A stretch of DNA of 64,000 nucleotides from Rickettsiales bacterium (GTDB lineage Bacteria > Pseudomonadota > Alphaproteobacteria > Rickettsiales > UBA3002): the NCBI GenBank assembly GCA_022763105.1, contig JALEGK010000067.1, forward strand, positions 1,811-65,810. Reading direction: 5' to 3'. Of the stretch, positions 30,593 through 40,174 are shown one piece after another. Each line of letters opens with the position of its first letter. Position 1 is the first letter of the stretch. Below the pieces are notes generated by a model. It made no database searches and was not told the origin of the DNA. It saw only the letters and a list, made by a program, of their open reading frames with translations. A program made the translations under genes and the position numbers.

Positions 30593-31573
30593 ATGCGCCT
30601 GATTACCTGCTTTTTACTTACCTTATTTTCATTGCATTCAATGGCTTGTGCAAATGAATTGGTGCCACCCAATCCGGTCCCATTTGGTATGTGGCTCGAT
30701 GAATTAAAAGCACAAGCAAAGTCGCAAGGCATTAGCCAAAGCAATATTGATCGCATTTTCAAAAACATGAAGCCTCATGAGCGTGTGATTGAGCTGGATC
30801 GCAAACAACCTGAAGGCACCAAAACACTCACCCAATATCTTACCGGATCAGTGACCGCTTCCCGCGTGAATAAAGGGCGCGCACTCCTTAAAAAGCACAG
30901 CGCAATCCTGAATAAGATTTCAAAAGAGTTTGGCGTGCAACCACGCTTTATCGTCGCGCTTTGGGGTACCGAGACCAGCTATGGCGGCTATACCGGTAAT
31001 ATGGACACTATCCGCTCACTCATGACACTGGCCTATGATGGCCGTCGCAGCGAATTCTTCCGCGATGAATTGCTTAAAGCGCTACGCATCATTGAAGAAG
31101 GCCATATTTCTTATGCCGATATGAAAGGCTCTTGGGCGGGTGCGCTCGGACAATGCCAATTCATGCCTAGCAGCTTCTACGAGTTTGCTGTTGATTATAA
31201 CAAAGACGGTAAAATCGATATTTGGAACAGCTTGCCAGATGTCTTCGCCTCTATCGCCAATTACCTCTCTAAATCCGGCTGGGATGACGATCTGACATGG
31301 GGCCGCAAAGTCCAGCTACCACCAAAGTTCGACATGGCATTCGCAGATGGTCAAATGAGGTTCACACTAGCCGACTGGAGTAATCTGGGAGTTCGCAAGG
31401 CTAACGGCGCACCACTACCGCAAAAAGACTTAAAAGCCGCCATCACCATTCCCGGCACCTTGCAGGACGGCGCGTATTTGGTCTACGACAATTACGACGT
31501 CATTCTAAAGTGGAATCGTTCACGCTATTTCGCCACAGCTGTGGGCACTTTATCGGATAGGATTCGTTATTAA
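30593..31573 (+). CDS. Lytic murein transglycosylase (MltB/SLT_2-like)
   Basis: 326 aa. Signal peptide and the catalytic region ALWGTETSYGGYTG. Confidence 0.8.
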   Translation: MRLITCFLLTLFSLHSMACANELVPPNPVPFGMWLDELKAQAKSQGISQSNIDRIFKNMKPHERVIELDRKQPEGTKTLTQYLTGSVTASRVNKGRALLKKHSAILNKISKEFGVQPRFIVALWGTETSYGGYTGNMDTIRSLMTLAYDGRRSEFFRDELLKALRIIEEGHISYADMKGSWAGALGQCQFMPSSFYEFAVDYNKDGKIDIWNSLPDVFASIANYLSKSGWDDDLTWGRKVQLPPKFDMAFADGQMRFTLADWSNLGVRKANGAPLPQKDLKAAITIPGTLQDGAYLVYDNYDVILKWNRSRYFATAVGTLSDRIRY

Positions 31574-32742
31574 TGAAGCGGTTAGCTCTATATACCAGCC
31601 TTTTTTTGGCATTCATACTCACCGCTTGCGGAGACTCTAAAGAGCGCGTGCCGTGGGATGCACCCGGCTATGTGAAAGGCAAGGCGGTGCACCCAACCGT
31701 TAAAATCGGTGTGCCATACAAAGTCATGGGCAAACGCTATTACCCTAAATATGACCCTACCTACGATGAGATCGGGCTGGCTTCATGGTATGGCCCTAAC
31801 TTCCACGGTAAAAGCACCGCTAATGGCGAGCGCTATAACCAATGGGCGATGACGGCAGCACATAAAACCCTGCCGATGCCATCGATTGTCCGCGTCACCC
31901 ATCTGGGGTCTAACAAATCCATTATCGTGCGCATCAATGACCGCGGCCCATTCGCCGATGGCCGTATCATTGACCTATCACGCGCTGCCGCTGAAGAGCT
32001 TGGAACCGTGAGAGAAGGGGTTGCCAAAGTCCGCGTGGAATATTTGAAAGAAGCCACCGAACAATATATCGCCAAGCTAAACCTCAAAAAACCATCGGCA
32101 TGGGAAGAGCTTGATCTGGCGTTCGATGCGAAATCTGGCAGCGATGTATCATTCCCAACCAAAGTGAGTGCATCGCCAGAAGCACCTAAAGCCATGCTGA
32201 AATCAGCCGCTGCCGCTCCAGACATCTATGAAAAAGGCCTGCAAGAAAAAGAAGTCAGCACCCTTGATGTGCGCGGCGTGAAGATGGAAGAAATCGGCTA
32301 CGCGGAAGATGCGTTTACCGTGCTGGATGATGAAGACTTCGAAGAGCAGCCAAAAGCAGACATTCCCGTCCACAAAGACGAAGAAATAGAAGCGGTGCAG
32401 CCTTATGTCGCCACCTATCGCCCAGAAGATGCGAAAGCTGCGCCAAAAGTCCCAACGCCTGCAGCAACACCACCCGCACAAACAACGACTATCAGCTCGC
32501 AACCTCTGGAAACACCTAAACTCTATGTGCAGGCAGGCTCATTCTCCAGCAAAGACAATGCCATGCGTTTAGCGCATAAATTGTCCGAAATTTCAGCCGT
32601 TGAAGTGGAAAAGATCACAAGCAGTGAACGGGTATTATTCCGTGTACTATTGGGGCCAACCTTAAATAAAGAAACAGCTTCTGAACTTAAAAACCGCCTG
32701 AGTGAATATAACGTCAAAGACGGCCGTATTATCAGAAAGTAG
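31573..32742 (+). CDS. rlpA: Septal ring lytic transglycosylase RlpA (DPBB + SPOR)
   Basis: 389 aa. Lipobox ILTAC. DPBB core ASWYGPNFHGKSTANGERY...RINDRGPF. Acidic/Pro linker and a C-terminal SPOR (LYVQAGSFSS...). Confidence 0.85.
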   Translation: MKRLALYTSLFLAFILTACGDSKERVPWDAPGYVKGKAVHPTVKIGVPYKVMGKRYYPKYDPTYDEIGLASWYGPNFHGKSTANGERYNQWAMTAAHKTLPMPSIVRVTHLGSNKSIIVRINDRGPFADGRIIDLSRAAAEELGTVREGVAKVRVEYLKEATEQYIAKLNLKKPSAWEELDLAFDAKSGSDVSFPTKVSASPEAPKAMLKSAAAAPDIYEKGLQEKEVSTLDVRGVKMEEIGYAEDAFTVLDDEDFEEQPKADIPVHKDEEIEAVQPYVATYRPEDAKAAPKVPTPAATPPAQTTTISSQPLETPKLYVQAGSFSSKDNAMRLAHKLSEISAVEVEKITSSERVLFRVLLGPTLNKETASELKNRLSEYNVKDGRIIRK

Positions 32743-32744
32743 TT

Positions 32745-33890
32745 ATGTCTAAACACACGATCTTTTTCATCTTCCTGCTCAGCGCAGCTATTATGCTGCC
32801 ATTCTTCTCGCCATCACATGCCTTTGAAACCAAAGCAAAACAAATGGTTTTAATCGATCTTACCACCAAAGACATGCTGGCGAACAAAGACGCCGACACC
32901 CAGATGCACCCATCATCCATGAGTAAACTCATGACGCTTTACGTCCTGTTTGACCACATCAAGCAAGGCAAAATCGCGATGGATAGTAAATTCAAAGTGA
33001 GCGAAAAAGCATGGCGCAAGGGCGGGTCTAAAATGTTTGTCCGCGTGGATACCGAGGTAACGGTAAGCGACCTCATTCGCGGCATTATCGTACAATCGGG
33101 CAACGATGCCTGCATTGTGGTGGCAGAAGGCATTGCCGGCACCGAAGAGCATTTTGCCAAACTCATGAACGATACCGCTAAGCGGATTGGCCTCACCAAA
33201 AGCCACTTCGTCAATGCAACCGGCTGGCCTGACGCTAACCACCTCATGAGCGCCAAGGATTTAGGCATACTCACCGAACATTTACTTACTGATTTCCCAG
33301 ACTTTTACCCTATGTTTGCCGAAACAGAATTTGAGTATAACAACATCAAACAACCCAACCGCAACGGCCTGCTTCACGACAATATTGGGGTGGATGGCTT
33401 AAAGACCGGACACACCGATGCGGGTGGCTACGGCATCGTCGTATCCGCTAAATCCGAAGATGCTTCGCGGCGCCTGATTGCTGTGGTCAACGGGCTAAGC
33501 AGCGAAAAGGAACGTCTAGAAGCCGCAAAAGCAGCTCTATTACATGGCTTTAACAATTTCCACATCATCACCGCGCTTCAAGAACAGCAAAAGCTCGCAG
33601 AGATTCCGACCTATTATGGCAGCATGCCTATGGTTGCAGCTGGCGCCTCACACGCATTACGCATGACTATGCCCACAGACCATAAAAGCGCTATTTCTGC
33701 GCAGCTAGAATATGCGTCACCACTTGAAGCACCAATCAGTAAGGGTGACGAGATCGGCACCATTCGAGTCACGCACCCCAATGGCAGTGAGCGTAGCATC
33801 CCACTGATTGCGCTTGATGATGTTGCCGAGATGGGCTTTTTCGGCCGCGCCATTCACAATTTCATGCAATGGGCTCTGCCAGCATCATGA
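32745..33890 (+). CDS. D-alanyl-D-alanine carboxypeptidase (PBP5-like, S11)
   Basis: 381 aa. Signal peptide, then SMSK, SGND and KTGHT motifs. Confidence 0.85.
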   Translation: MSKHTIFFIFLLSAAIMLPFFSPSHAFETKAKQMVLIDLTTKDMLANKDADTQMHPSSMSKLMTLYVLFDHIKQGKIAMDSKFKVSEKAWRKGGSKMFVRVDTEVTVSDLIRGIIVQSGNDACIVVAEGIAGTEEHFAKLMNDTAKRIGLTKSHFVNATGWPDANHLMSAKDLGILTEHLLTDFPDFYPMFAETEFEYNNIKQPNRNGLLHDNIGVDGLKTGHTDAGGYGIVVSAKSEDASRRLIAVVNGLSSEKERLEAAKAALLHGFNNFHIITALQEQQKLAEIPTYYGSMPMVAAGASHALRMTMPTDHKSAISAQLEYASPLEAPISKGDEIGTIRVTHPNGSERSIPLIALDDVAEMGFFGRAIHNFMQWALPAS

Positions 33891-34510
33891 GCCGGTTCAT
33901 TACATTTGAGGGCGGAGAAGGGGGTGGAAAATCCACACAAATCAAACGCTTGAGCGACGATTTGTCTGAACGCAATATAGAGCATATCCTCACCCGCGAG
34001 CCGGGAGGCTCAGAAGGTGCTGAACAGATTCGAGAACTCATCGTTACTGGCTCAAAAGACCGATGGGACCCAAAAACTGAAACCCTGCTCATCATGGCCG
34101 CACGTTGCAATCACATCGAGAAAACGATCAAGCCAGCACTGAAGGAAGGCAAATGGGTATTATGCGACCGATTCTTTGATTCTACTCGCATATATCAAGG
34201 TATATCCAAAGGCTTAGGGCTAAACTGGCTCTCTCAACTGCATTATGCATGCTTTGGCAATATGCAGCCAGATATCACCTTTCTACTCGATATCGACCCA
34301 AAACAAGGCCTAAGCCGTGCAGAGTCACGTGCTGGCACCGAAATGCGATTTGAAAGCCTCCCCATGGACTTCCATGAATCCGTGCGGGCTGGCTTTTTAG
34401 AGTTCGCAAAAAGCGAACCCGATCGCTTTGAAGTGATTGACGCATCCGCAGAGATTGATAGCATTCACCAAGCAATCATCAACCGCCTTAAGCCAATGAT
34501 GCACCCATGA
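33887..34510 (+). CDS. tmk: Thymidylate kinase
   Basis: 207 aa from ATG 33887 (ATGA overlap). P-loop FEGGEGGGKST. Confidence 0.9.
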   Translation: MSRFITFEGGEGGGKSTQIKRLSDDLSERNIEHILTREPGGSEGAEQIRELIVTGSKDRWDPKTETLLIMAARCNHIEKTIKPALKEGKWVLCDRFFDSTRIYQGISKGLGLNWLSQLHYACFGNMQPDITFLLDIDPKQGLSRAESRAGTEMRFESLPMDFHESVRAGFLEFAKSEPDRFEVIDASAEIDSIHQAIINRLKPMMHP

Positions 34511-35556
34511 CGACAGCACGCCCACACGAAAACCTAGAATGCATCGGCCATCAGCTGATCGAAAAGCAATGCCTAGATGAATGGGATCGCGGTAAATTCC
34601 CACACAGCTTGCTGCTTGCAGGCCCCAAAGGCATTGGCAAAGCAACCTTCGCCCATAAGTTAGCGCGCTTTATATTAGCGGGTGGAGCAGGGGGCGGAGC
34701 ACTTTTCGGCCCGGAAGATTTATCCATCGATGAGAATCACCCCGTCATTGCACGCATTCAATCGGGCGCGCATGGCGATTTTCATCACATCACCACAGAT
34801 CAATCAGAAACCGACACCATCAAAATCGATGATATTCGTGCCGCGACCCAATTTTTAACGCTAACGTCAGCCGAATCCGCATGGCGAGTCGTGCTTATCG
34901 ATGGCGCCGAGAACATGAACCCAAATGCTGCCAATGCGCTGCTAAAGACACTCGAAGAACCGCCATCAAACGCAATCATCATTCTGGTCAGCCACCATCC
35001 GGGCAAATTATTGCCAACCATTCGTTCACGCTGCCGCATGATTCAGTTTCAAACCCCATCTTTTGAGGATTTCTGCAAAATCATCGCGATAAACAACGCA
35101 AAACTCACCGATGACGAGTTAAAACGCCTCTATAGCCTGTCGCATGGCTCTGCCGGACAGGCGCTGGAATATATCGAGGAAGATGCGGATAAACTATATA
35201 ACCACCTAGTCTCCATCATGGCAGAATCACCCAAGGCGCAAGATAAAGCCTTTCAATCCATCCTAAAGAAGGCGTCTGATAGCAAAAACAAGCAGGGCTG
35301 GCATTGCTTTAAACAGATGTGGGATCTGGCCATGCATCATATCATTGCCACGCATCAGCAAATAGAGATACCATTTCTCGACACCGATTCACACAACACT
35401 CTGACGCAGATTAGCGCTCGAAAACCTTTAAATGATTGGTTTGAGCTCAGAGAAAGCGCAAAAAAATGGTTTATCGATAGTGATATCTTGCATCTGGACC
35501 GCAAACAAGTCATATACAGCCTGCTTTCCGCCGCATCCGGCGCTCAACGTATATGA
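34507..35556 (+). CDS. holB: DNA polymerase III subunit delta'
   Basis: 349 aa. GPKGIGKAT P-loop, LKTLEEPP and SRC motifs. Confidence 0.85.
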   Translation: MTTARPHENLECIGHQLIEKQCLDEWDRGKFPHSLLLAGPKGIGKATFAHKLARFILAGGAGGGALFGPEDLSIDENHPVIARIQSGAHGDFHHITTDQSETDTIKIDDIRAATQFLTLTSAESAWRVVLIDGAENMNPNAANALLKTLEEPPSNAIIILVSHHPGKLLPTIRSRCRMIQFQTPSFEDFCKIIAINNAKLTDDELKRLYSLSHGSAGQALEYIEEDADKLYNHLVSIMAESPKAQDKAFQSILKKASDSKNKQGWHCFKQMWDLAMHHIIATHQQIEIPFLDTDSHNTLTQISARKPLNDWFELRESAKKWFIDSDILHLDRKQVIYSLLSAASGAQRI

Positions 35557-37121
35557 ACGGAATAGGTATGACGTCTAATTTCTATATCACCACCCCCATT
35601 TACTACGTTAACGACAAACCCCACATCGGACATGCCTACACCTCAGTCGCATGCGATGTTGCCGCTCGTTTTATGCGCCTAAGTGGCCGCAGAACCTTCT
35701 TCCTAACCGGCACCGATGAGCATGGGCAAAAGGTTGAAAAATCAGCCGAAAGTGCAGGCATTCCGCCGCAAACCTTCGTCGATGAAGTCTCTGAGCATTT
35801 CCGCACCCTAACCGAGACACTCAATATCAGTAATGATGATTTCATCCGCACCACGCAGCCGCGCCACATCAAAGCCGCGCAGGCAATCTGGAAAAAGCTG
35901 GAAGAGGCGGGTGATATCTATCTCGATAAATATGCAGGCTGGTATTCTGTCAGGGATGAAGCCTTTTATTCCGAATCCGAATTGACCGAAGATAAAAAAG
36001 CGCCAACCGGTTCTGATGTCGAATGGGTTGAAGAACCCAGTTACTTTTTCAAGCTTTCCGCATGGGAAGATAAGCTTTTGCAGTTCTACGAGGATAATCC
36101 GGACTTTATACTACCCAAATCACGCCGAAATGAGGTGATAAGCTTCGTTAAAAGCGGTCTAAAGGACCTTTCTATATCCAGAACCACCTTTAAATGGGGT
36201 GTACCTGTTCCGGATAACGAAGAACATATCATGTATGTCTGGCTCGATGCATTGACCAATTACCTAACCGCCATTGGCTACCCAGACACCGACTCAGAGA
36301 AGTATAATGCCTATTGGCCTGCCTCAATTCACATGGTTGGGAAGGATATTTTGCGTTTTCATGCGATTTATTGGCCTGCATTTCTACTTTCTGCCAATAT
36401 TGAGCCGCCAAAATGTATTTTTGCCCACGGTTGGTGGACATTAGAAGGCGAAAAGATGTCAAAATCACTGGGTAACGTCGTAGCGCCAGATCATCTGGTT
36501 GAGAAATATGGCCTCGATCAGACTCGATATTTCCTGATGCGCGAGGTTCCTTTTGGTAATGACGGCAATTTTTCCCGTACAGCCATGATCGAGCGAATCA
36601 ACAGTGATTTATCAAATAATATTGGCAATTTAGCGCAAAGAACTCTTTCAATGATTCAAAAGAACTGTGACGGAGCAGTTCCAGACCCTAAAAAGGTCGA
36701 TACAAGACCACAGGATAAGCAATTATTAGATATGGTCAGGGTCACTGAAAGCGACAGCTTAGAAGTCGCCACTCAAGCCATTGAAAAATGCAAATTTAAT
36801 GACATTCTTCACAGCATTCTCAACATGTCTTCAGCTGCCAATGAATATATTGACCGCGAAGCACCATGGAAGCAGAAAAAAGAAGCCCCGGAAGAGATGG
36901 AAGCGACCCTTTATACACTATCCGAAGCAATTCGCTGTATTTCCATTATGCTTCAACCATTTATTCCTGATTCTTCAAGCAAATTGCTAGACCAACTTGC
37001 CATTCCTGAAGATCAGCGATCGTTCAGCCACTTAACGGAAGAATTCGCGTTAAAGCCAGGAACAGCATTGCCTAAACCAGAGGTGATTTTCCCACGCTTC
37101 CAAATGGATGAGGCTGCTTAA
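35553..37121 (+). CDS. metG: Methionine--tRNA ligase
   Basis: 522 aa. HIGH variant PHIGHAY and KMSKS. The alternative start at ATG 35568 is equally plausible. Confidence 0.9.
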   Translation: MNGIGMTSNFYITTPIYYVNDKPHIGHAYTSVACDVAARFMRLSGRRTFFLTGTDEHGQKVEKSAESAGIPPQTFVDEVSEHFRTLTETLNISNDDFIRTTQPRHIKAAQAIWKKLEEAGDIYLDKYAGWYSVRDEAFYSESELTEDKKAPTGSDVEWVEEPSYFFKLSAWEDKLLQFYEDNPDFILPKSRRNEVISFVKSGLKDLSISRTTFKWGVPVPDNEEHIMYVWLDALTNYLTAIGYPDTDSEKYNAYWPASIHMVGKDILRFHAIYWPAFLLSANIEPPKCIFAHGWWTLEGEKMSKSLGNVVAPDHLVEKYGLDQTRYFLMREVPFGNDGNFSRTAMIERINSDLSNNIGNLAQRTLSMIQKNCDGAVPDPKKVDTRPQDKQLLDMVRVTESDSLEVATQAIEKCKFNDILHSILNMSSAANEYIDREAPWKQKKEAPEEMEATLYTLSEAIRCISIMLQPFIPDSSSKLLDQLAIPEDQRSFSHLTEEFALKPGTALPKPEVIFPRFQMDEAA

Positions 37122-37903
37122 TGCTTGTCGATTCGCATTGTCATCTCAATTACCCCGAATTCTCAGATATTGAGACGACCATTGCCAATGCCAAACAAGC
37201 GGGCATTCAACTGATGCAAACCATCAGCACCAAGCGCAGTGATTTCGACGAAGTCATCGCGCTCGCAGAGTCGCATGAGCGCATTTATGGCTCCATCGGC
37301 ATTCACCCACACGAAGCAGAATCACATCAAGACGTAACCGTCGAAGAGATAGTGAGCAGGGCACAACACCCAAAAATCATCGGCATAGGAGAAACAGGGC
37401 TAGATTTCTTTTACGAGCACTCACCCAGAGAAGAGCAAGAAATCCTTTTCCGCCGCCATATCGAAGCATCACGCCAAACCGGCCTACCGCTCATTGTCCA
37501 TAGCCGAGATGCGGATGAAGATACTGTACGTATTCTACATGAAGAGTATGAAAAAGAAGCTTTCACGGGCCTCATTCACTGCTTTAGCTCTACGAAATAT
37601 CTATCTGATAAGTCATTAGAAATAGGCTTTCATATTTCGATATCCGGCATTATCACCTTTAAAAAGGCCGAGGCACTTAGAGAGGCCGTAAAAACCGTAC
37701 CGCTCGATAAGCTGCTGGTTGAAACTGACGCGCCATACCTAGCGCCAGTGCCATATCGCGGCAAACCGAATCAGCCAGCCTATACACGCGAAACAGCTGA
37801 ATGTTTAGCAGATTTAATGGAAGTTAGCTTCGAGAAGCTCGCAGAACAAACCACCCAGAATTTCTACAATCTCTTCACCAAAGCAAAACCATTATCATTA
37901 TGA
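37121..37903 (+). CDS. tatD: TatD family metal-dependent hydrolase
   Basis: 260 aa. VDSHCHL N-terminus and the ETDAPY motif. Confidence 0.85.
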   Translation: MLVDSHCHLNYPEFSDIETTIANAKQAGIQLMQTISTKRSDFDEVIALAESHERIYGSIGIHPHEAESHQDVTVEEIVSRAQHPKIIGIGETGLDFFYEHSPREEQEILFRRHIEASRQTGLPLIVHSRDADEDTVRILHEEYEKEAFTGLIHCFSSTKYLSDKSLEIGFHISISGIITFKKAEALREAVKTVPLDKLLVETDAPYLAPVPYRGKPNQPAYTRETAECLADLMEVSFEKLAEQTTQNFYNLFTKAKPLSL

Positions 37904-38682
37904 TAAATATCACGGTTTTAGGGTGTGGCGCATCCGCCGGCGTTCCTATCATCGGCTGTGACTGTGATATCTGCCAATCAGATAACCCCAAAAATAAGCG
38001 CAGCAGAGCCTCTATACTCATTGAATCCAAGAATACCGCAGTCATCGTCGATCTCAGCCCAGACTTCAGATCTCAAATGCTTGCACACAATATAAAGCAC
38101 ATAGACGCCATATTCCTCACACACGCCCATGCAGACCATGTCCACGGTATCGATGACGTCAGACCCTTCAATTACCGAAAACAAGGCGTATTGCCGATTT
38201 ATTCGGATAAATCCACCCTAGATGAGGTGATTAGTCGTTTTTCTTATGCATTTCAGAAGCCTAACCCAGAATATGGATGGTTTAGGCCCGCATTAGAGGC
38301 CATTGCAATCGATGAACATATTGGAAAACCGTATAAAATCACAGATGAAATCACGATTATTCCATTTTACCTGGATCATGGTAGCTGCATGACATTGGGC
38401 TTAAGAATCAATGATGTCGTGTATTCAACGGATGTGAAAGACTTTCCTGAGAGTGCAGAGCCATTCTTACAAGATATCAACACGTGGATTGTCGATTGCC
38501 TAAGACCCGAGCCAGCGCCAACACACGCACATTTAGATATGACGCTTGAGTGGATTGAGCAATACAAGCCAAAGAGGGCCATTCTGACACATATGAGTCA
38601 CGCATTTGACTATGATGATTTGAACCGCAAATGCCCTGAACACGTGACTCCAGCTTATGATGGGCTGCGCATCACTGCCTAA
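37900..38682 (+). CDS. MBL-fold metallo-hydrolase (PhnP-like)
   Basis: 260 aa. HAHADHVHG metal motif. ATGA overlap with tatD. Confidence 0.75.
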   Translation: MINITVLGCGASAGVPIIGCDCDICQSDNPKNKRSRASILIESKNTAVIVDLSPDFRSQMLAHNIKHIDAIFLTHAHADHVHGIDDVRPFNYRKQGVLPIYSDKSTLDEVISRFSYAFQKPNPEYGWFRPALEAIAIDEHIGKPYKITDEITIIPFYLDHGSCMTLGLRINDVVYSTDVKDFPESAEPFLQDINTWIVDCLRPEPAPTHAHLDMTLEWIEQYKPKRAILTHMSHAFDYDDLNRKCPEHVTPAYDGLRITA

Positions 38683-38684
38683 GC

Positions 38685-38724
38685 ATCATTGTTTTCCATA
38701 ATATATATTATAAGATCATTGTTT
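38685..38724. repeat. 10-bp direct repeat ATCATTGTTT (x2, 30 bp apart) flanking a 14-bp perfect palindrome ATAATATATATTAT
   Basis: Read directly. Repeat copies at 38685-38694 and 38715-38724, palindrome at 38698-38711. It lies in the convergent spacer between the MBL hydrolase gene and ccmB. Confidence 0.6.
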
Positions 38725-38759
38725 GGTGAGATGTGAGCAGGAAGAGGATGAGGCAAGCC

Positions 38760-39401
38760 TTAAACCCTACTTCTTAAAAGAGCCGCAGAAGTATATAAAG
38801 ATAAAGGAGAAATAAAGCCAGATACGCCCAATAATACCGTCCAACCAATCGATACACTCATATCAACCGCAGAGACTCCAAATACAAGAATGGGAAAGTA
38901 AAATGGCATAATCATGAGGATAATAACTTCAGATTTCATTTGCTTGCCAGCAGTTGCTGCCGCACCTACCGAGCCCACGGCTAACATCGCCACAGACCCC
39001 ACCAACACACTAATACATAAATTGATAATCTCTGCCTCAGGCACATGTAACATCAATGAAGTCAAAGGGATAAACAATATAATGGGAATCATAACGGCCA
39101 GCCAATGCCCTACCCATTTAGCGAGAATGGTGATCTCCAAACTTTGTGGCAATATAATCCACTGCTCAAGCAGCCCTTCTTCCGCATCCTTTTGATATAA
39201 CATGGGCAATGACAATAAAAAGGCCAGCATCATGTTAATCCAAATCACCGCATAGGCAATGCGCTGCTGCAATAACGGGTCCATAGAGAAATGGTGCGCA
39301 TACAACGCCGCAATAATCACAAATGCTCCATATATTTGAATAAGATATCCTTTATTCTTAATGTAATGAGTTAAAGAATGCCCTACCAGATGCCAAAACA
39401 T
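38760..39401 (-). CDS. ccmB: Heme exporter protein CcmB
   Basis: 213 aa. Polytopic membrane protein directly downstream of ccmA. Confidence 0.8.
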   Translation of the reverse strand: MFWHLVGHSLTHYIKNKGYLIQIYGAFVIIAALYAHHFSMDPLLQQRIAYAVIWINMMLAFLLSLPMLYQKDAEEGLLEQWIILPQSLEITILAKWVGHWLAVMIPIILFIPLTSLMLHVPEAEIINLCISVLVGSVAMLAVGSVGAAATAGKQMKSEVIILMIMPFYFPILVFGVSAVDMSVSIGWTVLLGVSGFISPLSLYTSAALLRSRV

Positions 39402-39407
39402 AATTTA

Positions 39408-40037
39408 TTACCTTAAGTTTTTCTTATAACTATCTATATTTAATATAGAAACATGTTCTTCGCTTACATGAGAATGCAACGACATCACGATAATACCGCC
39501 CTGCTCCTTACGCGTTGCAACCAAAGACTCCATTAACGCCACCCCCTCATCATCCATATGACTTGCCGGCTCATCGAGCAACCAAACGCTCGCTGGGCTA
39601 AGGATCAATCGGGCCAACGCCACGCGCTGCTTCCATCCCGCTGATAAATGTGCCGATAAAACATCGCGATAGCGATTCAGATCGAAATAATGAAGCGCCG
39701 CATCTAACAATTCAGAGCGATCATATAACTTTGCCCAAAACTGAAGATTCTCCTCGACGGTGAGATACGGCACAACGGCCAGCCGATGCCCAACATACGC
39801 CACATGCTTACCATAGAGCGGGCTGTTAGATATATTACTGTTATTAAATAGTATTTCACCGTAGGAAGGCTGCAGCACCCCAGCCAGTAATTTGAGCAAC
39901 GTGCTCTTGCCGGAGCCGTTTTTTCCCTTTAGCACCAATATATTACCAGACTCAAGCCGCGCGCTAAGACCACGAAACAGTTCGTAGCCACCGCGCTCCA
40001 TATGCAAATTCTTCCATTCGAGTGTGTCTTTTGTCAC
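39408..40037 (-). CDS. ccmA: Cytochrome c biogenesis heme-exporting ATPase CcmA
   Basis: 209 aa. Walker A GKNGSGKST, signature LSAGWKQR and Walker B LLDEP. Confidence 0.85.
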   Translation of the reverse strand: MTKDTLEWKNLHMERGGYELFRGLSARLESGNILVLKGKNGSGKSTLLKLLAGVLQPSYGEILFNNSNISNSPLYGKHVAYVGHRLAVVPYLTVEENLQFWAKLYDRSELLDAALHYFDLNRYRDVLSAHLSAGWKQRVALARLILSPASVWLLDEPASHMDDEGVALMESLVATRKEQGGIIVMSLHSHVSEEHVSILNIDSYKKNLR

Positions 40038-40174
40038 GTTTTTTAACGAAGTCTTAAGTAAAAAAAGGTTATAAGCAAATGTTGGTAATCACCATCACCA
40101 AACTATGCTAGATTCCTAGCAACTGTTGCAAGAATTAACAGAGCAGTATGAACAGAATAACAGGAGAGACACAA

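Noticed and set aside
31833-32502. Two minus-strand ORFs (130 and 99 aa) inside rlpA
   Set aside because: They fall in the acidic/Pro-rich linker of RlpA. Low-complexity sense sequence creates open antisense frames.
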